A stretch of 44,651 nt of DNA from Gammaproteobacteria bacterium (GCA_030452225.1 JAKDMP010000002.1:1-44651), one strand, 5' to 3'; counted from the stretch's first letter, positions 1 to 7,119 are shown. Numbers and translations: made by a program. Notes: generated by a model from the letters alone, not told the origin.

Positions 1-103
1 GCGGGCGATCCTCGGAGCCGAACCAGCCGGCTTCGGCGATGTAGCCGTCGCCGCGGAAGCACGCGTCGTCAATGCCGGCGGCGGTGGAGGCTGAATCGTT
101 CAT
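1..103 (-). CDS. 5' end of an unidentified ORF that runs off the left edge (hypothetical)
   Basis: A minus-strand ATG at 103 opens MNDSASTAAGIDDACFRGDGYIAEAGWFGSEDRP... with no stop before the window edge. It lies 93 nt downstream of the carrier-protein gene on the same strand. No clear SD and no recognisable motif. Confidence 0.3.
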   Translation of the reverse strand, partial: MNDSASTAAGIDDACFRGDGYIAEAGWFGSEDRP

Positions 104-196
104 GGCAACGTAACGGCTGTGGCGGCGATATTCCTGTCCGTCGGACGCCGGGCGTCAGAGTGCGCCGCGGCGCCCCCCCGACGGCCCGCACGCGGG

Positions 197-448
197 TCAC
201 GCCGCCTTCGCGGTCAACTTGGCGACGGCGCTTGCGATGACGGCGATGGATTGGAAGCTGCTGCGCTGGAGCATTTCGTCGGGGAACTCCACGCCGAACT
301 CGTCTTCGAGCGCCAGCATCACGTTGACCGAGGCATGCGAGGTCATCCCCGCTCGGTAGAGGTCGGCATCGTCGTCCAGACTCTCGACGTCCCTGGCCAG
401 GCGGCCATGATCTTGCAGTATGGTGCGTACCTTTTGATGGCTATCCAT
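197..448 (-). CDS. acyl/peptidyl carrier protein (phosphopantetheine-binding)
   Basis: The 83-aa acidic protein has a carrier-protein helix-II region, LYRAGMTSHASVNVMLALEDEFGVEFPDEML, with Ser in the attachment position. A GGGGAG SD sits 6 nt before the ATG. It lies directly downstream of an aa:CP-ligase-like gene. Confidence 0.8.
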   Translation of the reverse strand: MDSHQKVRTILQDHGRLARDVESLDDDADLYRAGMTSHASVNVMLALEDEFGVEFPDEMLQRSSFQSIAVIASAVAKLTAKAA

Positions 449-605
449 GCGGGCTCCCCAAGCCGTCGATCAACAACCCTGCGGCCCGACGGCCGGCGAC
501 CGCGGGTCACGTCGTATTTTCTCACAAGTGGCCCGGGCATTTCAGCTTGCCGACCCCGAATCGTGCCGGATCGTCCCCGCCCGGCCGGATGATTTCATGG
601 TGCGC

Positions 606-1520
606 TCACGGCCAGAGCCTGCCGTACACTTCCGCGGGCCAGTTTTCCGGGTCGAAACCGTGCGCCTGGAACAGGGCCATCACCACGCGTTCCAGCCCAA
701 AGCCGAGGCAGGCCGTGTTGGCGACATTGCCGTCCCCGGTGCGGATTCCGAAGGCCTCCCCGAAGTGCTGCTGGTGAAAATTGAAGGAACAGAGCGCGGT
801 CGGCGCTTCCTCGGAAATCACCGGCGCGGTTATCTCGAATTTCAGTTTCTGTTGGCGCTGCGAGGCCGCCAACATCTTGCCGCCCTTGCCGAAGAACGCG
901 TCGGAGGCGACTTCGGAATGAACCGGCAGATCCAGAGATTCCAGCAGTTGCAACCCGCGCTCGAGCCACATGTCGCGCCAATCGAGCACCTGCGCGGGCG
1001 TGCCGCAGCGCACGAACTCGCGCACCCGGAACGACTGCATTCGGGTCGGCTCCGGCGAGGGCTCGTTGCGAAACACCCAGTTGAGCATCGTCACCAGTCT
1101 GCCCTCGGGGGGCACGGAGCCGGCAAAGCTGGGGTAGACCGGGTAGCACGCCGCCGGGTTCAAGACCACGTCGGTCATGCTCTGGTATCGTTCCCAGTTC
1201 TCGCCGTTGTGGATGGCCTCGCTGAGTTCGCGTGCGTCGAGTTCCCGACCCTTGAAGCTGAAGACCGTGCCGGCGAGATCCGGGAAGTTGGCCATGTGTC
1301 CGGTGCGCTCGAACAGCTTGCGGTCGATTGTCGGCGGGTAAACGAAAAACTCGGCGCCGTCGTCCTTTGCGATATCCGTCACCAGTTTGTTGAAGCGTTC
1401 CAGCACGTCCTCGAATACGTGATTGCGGCCGAAGATGCCGGGCGCGCGGGCCGGAATGATCAACCCGGCCTCGACGAGGCCGCGGAAGAATTCTTCGGCG
1501 TCGTAGGCGGTAGCCGACAT
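606..1520 (-). CDS. amino acid--[acyl-carrier-protein] ligase (truncated class II aaRS / SerRS-like catalytic core, no tRNA-binding domain)
   Basis: The 304-aa protein has class-II motifs: motif-2-like SFRVREFVRCG and motif-3-like CLGFGLERVVMALF. Its size and its adjacency to a carrier-protein gene match the described aa:CP ligase family. Confidence 0.85.
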   Translation of the reverse strand: MSATAYDAEEFFRGLVEAGLIIPARAPGIFGRNHVFEDVLERFNKLVTDIAKDDGAEFFVYPPTIDRKLFERTGHMANFPDLAGTVFSFKGRELDARELSEAIHNGENWERYQSMTDVVLNPAACYPVYPSFAGSVPPEGRLVTMLNWVFRNEPSPEPTRMQSFRVREFVRCGTPAQVLDWRDMWLERGLQLLESLDLPVHSEVASDAFFGKGGKMLAASQRQQKLKFEITAPVISEEAPTALCSFNFHQQHFGEAFGIRTGDGNVANTACLGFGLERVVMALFQAHGFDPENWPAEVYGRLWP

Positions 1521-1523
1521 CGC

Positions 1524-2204
1524 TCAATTCTCCCTTGGAGCCGGCGGCATCGAGGCGCGCTCGGCGATCAGTTCAGGGCCTTCGCGGGCAGGGTTTTTGG
1601 CGGCGTCGCTCACGTGCCGGCTTTCGAGGATTTCGCCGAAGGCCGGAGGGGCAAACTGCTGCAATGCCTCCCGTCCGGACAGATCGGGATCGAGCCAGGC
1701 GCGGGCGCTGCCGGTCGGAATCATCACCGGCGAGCGGTCGTGGATTCGGGCGACCGGCCCGGCGGGAGCGCCGGTCAGGATCGCGAAGCCTTCGTCTCCC
1801 ACAATGCCGCCGAAAAAGAGCGGGCTTCCGTCGCGCGGTTGAAAGAAGTACCACGAGCGGCTTTTCCGGGTCTTCGGCCCCTTGGGCTCGTAGAAGCCGC
1901 TGGCGAAGACGACACAGCGGCGGCGGTCGAAGAGGGGGCGGTATTCGGCCACCCGATGGGCGGATTCGCTGCGTACGTTGATGCGGTTGCCGCGGCGGGT
2001 GGGGAAGGCCCACATCCACTCGCTCACCGCAGGCATGCCTTCGGCGTCGACAGTGGCCATCCAGGTCCGAGTGCCCGGTGCGATGTTGTAGCGGGGCGCT
2101 TCGGCCCGGGCGCCGAATCGAGTGAACAGATCGGAACCCGCCGTCATGTCCAGCGGCTCGAGCCACTCGGAAAGCGGCTGGTAGCGTGCAAACCGTCCGC
2201 ACAT
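1524..2204 (-). CDS. SOS response-associated peptidase (SRAP; YedK/HMCES family)
   Basis: The N-terminus MCGRFA carries the catalytic Cys2. NIAPG, FFFGGI-like and HDRSPV(M) blocks are typical of SRAP. The stop is 3 nt from the next gene's ATG. Confidence 0.9.
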   Translation of the reverse strand: MCGRFARYQPLSEWLEPLDMTAGSDLFTRFGARAEAPRYNIAPGTRTWMATVDAEGMPAVSEWMWAFPTRRGNRINVRSESAHRVAEYRPLFDRRRCVVFASGFYEPKGPKTRKSRSWYFFQPRDGSPLFFGGIVGDEGFAILTGAPAGPVARIHDRSPVMIPTGSARAWLDPDLSGREALQQFAPPAFGEILESRHVSDAAKNPAREGPELIAERASMPPAPREN

Positions 2205-2214
2205 GATCCGTGCC

Positions 2215-2640
2215 TTACCCGGTTTGGCTTGCGCTTCCGGCCAGCCAGCGCGTCATGGCGTCCTTCGGGTTCAGCGCCCGCCCGTCTTTTTCCCCCTCAA
2301 TCAAGGCAGAGTCCCCCGTGACAAGGCAGGCCTTGGGGTCGGCGGCCAGCAAGGCCCAGAGATGAGCATCGCCGGGATCGGGAGCGGCCTGGGCGGCCGG
2401 TGGAGGATCCAGGACAAGGGCGTGTGACAATATGGCCTCGAGAACGGCTTCAACGTTCACGGTTGCCATCCCCGCTTTGCGTTGCAGTACCACGCGATAT
2501 TCTGCCAGCAAATCTGTCGAGACCACAACGGATTCGGTGCCCTCGAGAAGTATGCGTAGCCATCGAACTGTCGGACTGGATTCCCGTTGTGCCAGAAACC
2601 CCGCCACCAGCACGCTGGTGTCAACGATGTAGTGCCTCAT
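2215..2640 (-). CDS. PIN-domain toxin (VapC-like) of a type II TA pair
   Basis: MRHYIVDTSVLV carries the N-terminal PIN Asp and CLVTGDSAL the C-terminal acidic motif. The start overlaps the upstream RHH gene stop by 4 nt (ATGA). Confidence 0.8.
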   Translation of the reverse strand: MRHYIVDTSVLVAGFLAQRESSPTVRWLRILLEGTESVVVSTDLLAEYRVVLQRKAGMATVNVEAVLEAILSHALVLDPPPAAQAAPDPGDAHLWALLAADPKACLVTGDSALIEGEKDGRALNPKDAMTRWLAGSASQTG

Positions 2641-2873
2641 TCGCTGCGAACTTCGCGCGTTACGCGAACGCCGAAGGCCAGCGCATCGGCTTCGGAGAGC
2701 GTCGCATTGGCACGCAGCCGTTCCATCAATCCCTCGACTTCGGATTCTGTTCGCACGCCATTGAGTCTCAGGCTTTCGTCAACAAGCTGGGCTATCGTTA
2801 ATCCGCGCCGGGCCGCTGTCGCCTTGAGCGCCCGCCGCCGTTCCTCCGGGACTTCAACGGTCAGTTTTGACAT
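2637..2873 (-). CDS. ribbon-helix-helix (CopG/Arc-like) antitoxin
   Basis: The 78-aa protein starts MSKLTVEVPEERRRALKATAARRGLTIAQLV, a beta-strand plus helix RHH signature. It overlaps the PIN gene by 4 nt. Confidence 0.75.
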   Translation of the reverse strand: MSKLTVEVPEERRRALKATAARRGLTIAQLVDESLRLNGVRTESEVEGLMERLRANATLSEADALAFGVRVTREVRSE

Positions 2874-2890
2874 GGCTGGATTCCAGTAAA

Positions 2891-2913
2891 TACAGAAAGT
2901 TGTAGTTTCTGTA
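2891..2913 (-). promoter_or_regulatory. perfect inverted repeat TACAGAAA-N7-TTTCTGTA abutting a minus-strand TACAAT -10 (2918..2913); candidate RHH-antitoxin operator and TA promoter
   Basis: The 8-bp arms were read directly. The repeat starts at the last base of the TACAAT hexamer, about 20-40 nt upstream of the RHH ATG (2873). Confidence 0.45.
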
Positions 2914-2924
2914 TTGTATCGCAG
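2909..2924 (+). promoter_or_regulatory. LexA/SOS-box-like sequence CTGTATTGTATCGCAG (CTGT-N8-GCAG; one mismatch to CTGT-N8-ACAG)
   Basis: It lies in the divergent region between the TA operon and the umuD-like gene. It is about 50 nt upstream of the best plus-strand -10 and overlaps the other palindrome, so it may be coincidental. Confidence 0.3.
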
Positions 2925-2956
2925 GCTTCATGCAAGCGGTGAGCGACGCATGAAGC
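2925..2956 (+). promoter_or_regulatory. perfect 9-bp inverted repeat GCTTCATGC-N14-GCATGAAGC over the -35 region of the umuD-like promoter; candidate operator
   Basis: Arms are at 2925-2933 and 2948-2956. It ends 15 nt upstream of an extended -10, TGGTATCAT, at 2971-2979. Confidence 0.4.
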
Positions 2957-3020
2957 AAAAGCGGGCTGCATGGTATCATGATTTTTGTCCCGATATTCAA
3001 AAGGCTGATCCTCCGCACTC

Positions 3021-3590
3021 ATGACCCGGTCTCCATCATCGCACGGCGGGCGTCGTCCCGGCGCCGGGCGGCCCAAGGGCGAGCCGACGGTACGGCTGCG
3101 AGTGCCCACGGGCGTGAAGAGCCGGGTGCGTGCACTGATCGCTGGCTATCGCGCCGATGCCGATAGTAACGCCGTGCCGGTGGCGTCCGATGCGCCGCCG
3201 CGCCGCGTGCCGTATTTCATTGCCAGCGTGCCGGCGGGCTTCCCGTCGCCTGCCGAGCAGTACCTCGAAGAGGCGATCGATCTCAACGTCCACCTGATCC
3301 GCGCCGGCCACGAGGCGGCCACCTACATGATCCGCGTGTCGGGTTCCTCGATGATCGGGGCGGGCATTCACGACGGCGACGAGCTGGTGGTGGATCGCGC
3401 CGAGGAAAAGGTGCTGGGCCGGGTGGTGGTGGCGGTGCACGATGGGGCGATGACCGTCAAGCGGCTGCGCCGGCGCGGCGGCAAGCCGGTACTCGTGGCC
3501 GAGAACCCCGACTATCCCGAGCGGGTGGTCGCCGAGGGCGAGGAGTTCGAGATCTGGGGCGTGGTGACCAAGGTGCTGCACACGCCCTGA
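3021..3590 (+). CDS. umuD: UmuD-like S24 peptidase (Pol V accessory subunit) with an N-terminal basic extension
   Basis: VPAGFPSPAEQY is the Ala-Gly cleavage region. VSGSSMIGAGIHDGD carries the Ser nucleophile and MTVKRL the Lys. The core aligns with E. coli UmuD, but about 50 extra N-terminal residues include GGRRPGAGRPKGE. The start codon is uncertain, since in-frame GTGs lie downstream and there is no strong SD. Confidence 0.85.
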   Translation: MTRSPSSHGGRRPGAGRPKGEPTVRLRVPTGVKSRVRALIAGYRADADSNAVPVASDAPPRRVPYFIASVPAGFPSPAEQYLEEAIDLNVHLIRAGHEAATYMIRVSGSSMIGAGIHDGDELVVDRAEEKVLGRVVVAVHDGAMTVKRLRRRGGKPVLVAENPDYPERVVAEGEEFEIWGVVTKVLHTP

Positions 3591-3649
3591 ACCGGCCCGG
3601 ACTGGCAGGGTTATACTTGGGATTGTGCGGCTCACATTTGAGGCGCGAA

Positions 3650-3847
3650 GTGAAATACCGGATATTGATCGAGCAGGATGAAGACGGCGTGTTCGTGGCG
3701 AGCGTGCCTTCACTTCCCGGCTGCATACCCCAAGGTGACACTCGGGATGAGGCTTTGACCAACGTTCGGGAGGCTATCGAAGCCTATATGGAAAGCCTCG
3801 AAGCGCCACCTTCGATAAACGAAGAAATCGTGGAAATATCCGTGTGA
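3650..3847 (+). CDS. hicB: HicB-family antitoxin (UPF0150, single-domain)
   Basis: VKYRILIEQDEDGVFVASVPSLPGCIPQGDTRDEALTNVREAIEAY is a typical HicB N-domain. A GAGG SD lies 7 nt before the GTG at 3650. The ORF track's TTG at 3617 is an in-frame alternative. The region is visibly A/T-richer than its flanks. Confidence 0.8.
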   Translation: MKYRILIEQDEDGVFVASVPSLPGCIPQGDTRDEALTNVREAIEAYMESLEAPPSINEEIVEISV

Positions 3848-4062
3848 CCCGCTTGCCCGGTATTTCCGGTCGCCAAGCTGTTCAGGTCTTTCAGCGGCTG
3901 GGCCATGAAATTGATCGTCAGCGAGGAAGCCACGTTCATTCCCTTCCACCTCATCGCCGTCTTGTCGTCCCCAATCACCGGGCCGTGGCCAAGGGGACGT
4001 TGAGAGGGCTGATTCGCGAAGCGGGCCTGGCCGTGAATCAATTTACCGAATTATTGAAGTGA
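3844..4062 (+). CDS. hicA: HicA-family mRNA interferase toxin (YcfA-like)
   Basis: Diagnostic motifs are RQRGSHVH...VVPNH...GTLRGLIREAGLAVNQFTELL. The GTG start overlaps the hicB stop (GTGTGA). Confidence 0.85.
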   Translation: MTRLPGISGRQAVQVFQRLGHEIDRQRGSHVHSLPPHRRLVVPNHRAVAKGTLRGLIREAGLAVNQFTELLK

Positions 4063-5381
4063 TGCAATCGGGCGGGATTCCCGAACCAACCGTGCGCCGA
4101 ATTGCCCATATTGACGTCAACGCCTTTTACTGCTCCTGCGAGCGGTTGTTTCGCCCCGACCTGGCCGAGCGGCCGATCGTGGTGCTCTCCAACGGCGACG
4201 GCTGCGTGGTCGCCCGCGATGCCATGGTGAAGCGGCTCGGCGTGCCGATGGGCCAGCCGTGGTTCGAGATGAAGCGCTTTGCCGGGAAGCACGGCATCGT
4301 CGCCTTCAGCAGCAACTACACCTTCTACGGCGACATGAGCCGCCGGGTGATGGATGTGCTCGGCCGGTTCTCACCCGACCAGGAGATCTACAGCATCGAC
4401 GAGAGTTTTCTCGACCTCACCCCGCAGCCGCGGTTGTCCGGCGCGGTCGTGGGGCAGGCCATCCGCGGGCGGGTGCGGCGCTGGACGGGCCTGCCGGTGT
4501 GCGTCGGCATCGGGCGCACGAAGACCGAGGCCAAGCTCGCCGACTGGATCGCCAAGCACGACCCGGCGCTGGGCGGGGTGTGCGATCTTGCCGCGATGAA
4601 CGGGATCGAACGCCGCGACCGGGAGACGGCCATCGAGGTGCGTGAGGTCTGGGGCGTTGGAAGGCGCCTCGCCGAACGCCTGCGCAACCTCGGCATCTTC
4701 ACCGTGGCGGACCTTGCCGCCGCCGACCCGCGGCATTTGCGCGCGCATTTCAGCGTGATGCTGGAGCGTACCGCAAGGGAGCTTCGCGGCGAGGCCTGCC
4801 TGGAGCTGGACGAAGTGCCGCCGCCGCGCCGGCAGATCGTCGCCTCGCGCACCTTCTCCGCGCCGGTGTACACGCCGGGCGAGATGGCCGAAAGCATGCG
4901 CACCTACATGGGCCGCGCCGCGGCGAGGATGCGCGCGCAGGGAAGTGTCGCCGGCGCCGTCGGCGTGTGGATCGAGACGAACCGCTTTCGTACTCATGAA
5001 GCGCAGCACAATGGCTCGGCGACGATTCCGCTCCCCGCGCCCAGCGACGACGAAGCGGTCCTCACCGCCTGGGCCGTGGAACTGATGCGGCGCATTTTCC
5101 GGCCGGGATGTCGCTACTGGAAAAGCGGCGTGATGCTGCTCGACCTCATTCCCAGGGGTAGCGAACAGCGCCTGCTTTTCGATGCGCCGCTGCCCGAGAC
5201 CGAAGCAAGACGCCACCGCGCCATGCAGACGCTGGATGCCGTCAACGGGAAATGGGGTCGCGGCACGCTCGGCCTCGGCAGCGCCGGCCTCCGGGGGCCG
5301 CGCCACTGGAGCATGAAACGCGAACTTCTCTCGCCGCGCTACACGACCTCGTGGCGCGAACTTCCCGTTGCCCGCGCCTGA
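4062..5381 (+). CDS. umuC: Y-family DNA polymerase V catalytic subunit UmuC
   Basis: IAHIDVNAFYCSCERLFRPDLAERPIVVLSNGDGCVVARD aligns with the E. coli UmuC N-terminus. The start is ATG 4062 or GTG 4059, and either overlaps the hicA TGA (4060-4062). Confidence 0.95.
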   Translation: MQSGGIPEPTVRRIAHIDVNAFYCSCERLFRPDLAERPIVVLSNGDGCVVARDAMVKRLGVPMGQPWFEMKRFAGKHGIVAFSSNYTFYGDMSRRVMDVLGRFSPDQEIYSIDESFLDLTPQPRLSGAVVGQAIRGRVRRWTGLPVCVGIGRTKTEAKLADWIAKHDPALGGVCDLAAMNGIERRDRETAIEVREVWGVGRRLAERLRNLGIFTVADLAAADPRHLRAHFSVMLERTARELRGEACLELDEVPPPRRQIVASRTFSAPVYTPGEMAESMRTYMGRAAARMRAQGSVAGAVGVWIETNRFRTHEAQHNGSATIPLPAPSDDEAVLTAWAVELMRRIFRPGCRYWKSGVMLLDLIPRGSEQRLLFDAPLPETEARRHRAMQTLDAVNGKWGRGTLGLGSAGLRGPRHWSMKRELLSPRYTTSWRELPVARA

Positions 5382-5587
5382 TGCGTCATCATTCTTCGTG
5401 ACCGGCCCGGGTGAGGCCATGCCGTGCCGGCTGGTCCGGTTGCCCTGGAGCGGGTGGGACGGTTTTACGGCGATTTTGCGGTATCCTCCCGGGAGGGCAG
5501 GCCCACCCGAGCCCGGGCGCGGCGAGGTTCGCATACGCCCGTCGCCATCCGGATACCGGCGCCACGGTCGCCGCGCAGGAGGAAAAC

Positions 5588-6181
5588 TTGCAGTCACTCG
5601 TTGCCACGCACGGCCTTTACACGGCGGTTTTCTACATCGCCCTCATAGTCTGGGGCATCAACCAGTTGTACGCCAATCGCTACTACTACGCCGCGCCGGG
5701 CCTGGAAGGCCGCAATCGCAGGTCATACTGGTTTTCGGCCGTCATGATTACGGCAGGCATCATCGGCGCGATATTGTGCATGCGGTATGTGCCCGCTACG
5801 ACCTTCCCGTCTGTGCAGCCGGTCATTTTCTGGATCGGCATCGCCCTCATGGCCATGGGGCTTCTCCTTCGCTGGTACGTGATTCGCGTGCTGGCGCGTT
5901 ACTTTGCGCCCGACAAGTCGGTTCGCCCGGACAGGGAAGTCATCGAGAACGGCCCCTTCCGGCAGATCCGCCACCCGGGTTACACGGGCGTCCTGATTAC
6001 GGTGCTGGGTTTCGGGCTGGCCACGACCAACTGGCTCGGCCTGCTCGTTGTGCTCGTCTTTTCCCTCGTCGGCTACGCGTACCGGGTACGGGTGGAGGAG
6101 CAGGTTTTGTGCGAAGCCCTGGGCGATACCTACCGGGAGTACATGCGGCGCACGCGGCGTTTCATCCCGTACCTGTGGTGA
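5588..6181 (+). CDS. isoprenylcysteine carboxyl methyltransferase (ICMT/PEMT) family membrane protein
   Basis: The GPFRQIRHPGYTG...RVEEQVL motif and several TM helices support the call. The TTG at 5588 is preceded by AGGAGG plus 5 nt. The upstream in-frame part of ORF 5411.. is Arg/Gly/Pro-rich and looks non-coding. Confidence 0.8.
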   Translation: MQSLVATHGLYTAVFYIALIVWGINQLYANRYYYAAPGLEGRNRRSYWFSAVMITAGIIGAILCMRYVPATTFPSVQPVIFWIGIALMAMGLLLRWYVIRVLARYFAPDKSVRPDREVIENGPFRQIRHPGYTGVLITVLGFGLATTNWLGLLVVLVFSLVGYAYRVRVEEQVLCEALGDTYREYMRRTRRFIPYLW

Positions 6182-6209
6182 GATGCACCCATGAACGGAA
6201 CGACCTGAC

Positions 6210-6524
6210 ATGAACGAATACCATGTTGCCTTCAGAAAAGTTATCATCGGCGCCGATCCGGATATTCTTGCCCGGGTTTCCGACACCGACGATCTGCTGG
6301 TCGACACGGTCGAGACGATTCGCGCGGGAATCGGCGATTCCGCGAGGGAGGCGCAGTTCGACTTGAACGCGATCCCGAACGGCCATTTCATGGAAATCGA
6401 GTTTCTGCTGGACGGGCAGGCCGTTCAGGGCGTAGTTTTCATGACTCCGTACCTGCCGGATCGGTTCGTGACAATCGTTCGTGAAGTCCTGTCGCAAGTC
6501 GGCATCGAGAACGTGTTCTGCTAA
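6210..6524 (+). CDS. hypothetical small protein (104 aa)
   Basis: A clean ORF 28 nt after the ICMT gene with plausible amino-acid composition. The SD is weak and I recognise no motif. Confidence 0.45.
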   Translation: MNEYHVAFRKVIIGADPDILARVSDTDDLLVDTVETIRAGIGDSAREAQFDLNAIPNGHFMEIEFLLDGQAVQGVVFMTPYLPDRFVTIVREVLSQVGIENVFC

Positions 6525-6588
6525 AGGTGGCTCTGATTGCCAAGCCGAAGGCTGGTCATGCAATGTCTTTGCACTTCCCCAAGCAGCA

Positions 6589-7041
6589 TCAGTGGAAACG
6601 CACCGGCGTTCCGTCGCGATCGAAGGCCGCGAATCGGGCCAGCGAGCGCCCCGTCCGGATGGCCGCGCGCAACTCGTCGAGCGCTTGCTCGGTTTCGAGC
6701 GCGCCGGGTTCGCGCTCGCCGAATCCGCCCAGGCAACCGACGATCACGATGTCCCAGGCGCCGTCCATGTCGTCCTGGCCCAGGGTCTCGGCCGTGTGCT
6801 GCGCTTCGGCGACCAGGCTGTTGAAGTCGCTCACTTCGTAGCGGCCTTTGTCCGCGTACATCACCGGCACGAGGGCGCCCCCTTCGCCGGCCTCGAACCG
6901 CTCGGCCTGCGCATCGCTCGAGCCGCCCGGAAGCTCCGCTTTCAAGAACACGAACAGGAATCTTTGCCCTTCCGGCTGTGCCCGGGCGGCCTCGACCAGT
7001 GCCTCGAAACTGTCGAGCGTCAGCGTGGAATCATCCGTCAT
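6589..7041 (-). CDS. conserved-looking acidic hypothetical protein (150 aa), last gene of the nar array
   Basis: An AGGAG SD lies 8 nt before the ATG, 78 nt downstream of the PPIase gene on the same strand. The protein is acidic and soluble-looking, with no motif I can name. Confidence 0.6.
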   Translation of the reverse strand: MTDDSTLTLDSFEALVEAARAQPEGQRFLFVFLKAELPGGSSDAQAERFEAGEGGALVPVMYADKGRYEVSDFNSLVAEAQHTAETLGQDDMDGAWDIVIVGCLGGFGEREPGALETEQALDELRAAIRTGRSLARFAAFDRDGTPVRFH

Positions 7042-7119
7042 TGGTTCGCTCCTGTTCGACCCGGCCGCGCTGCCGCTTCCGCCGAAACCGGCGGGTGAAG
7101 TGTCGGCCGATGCTGCGGT

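Noticed and set aside
447-2321. Long plus-strand ORF (624 aa) antisense to the SRAP and aa:CP-ligase genes. Similar giant antisense or alternate-frame ORFs occur at 7917..9344, 9202..10944, 16695..19121, 19983..22157, 23969..25600, 25335..29390, 29360..31105, 38059..39666 and 41954..43393.
   Set aside because: Their translations are Arg/Gly/Ala/Pro-rich and low in complexity with no motifs. Each lies opposite a gene with clear family signatures. Such shadow ORFs are expected in high-GC DNA, where stop codons are rare.
5485-5496. CCTCCCGGGAGG 12-bp palindrome downstream of umuC as a terminator.
   Set aside because: It has no loop (at most a 4-bp stem) and no U-tract. It is probably a chance GC palindrome containing a SmaI-type site.
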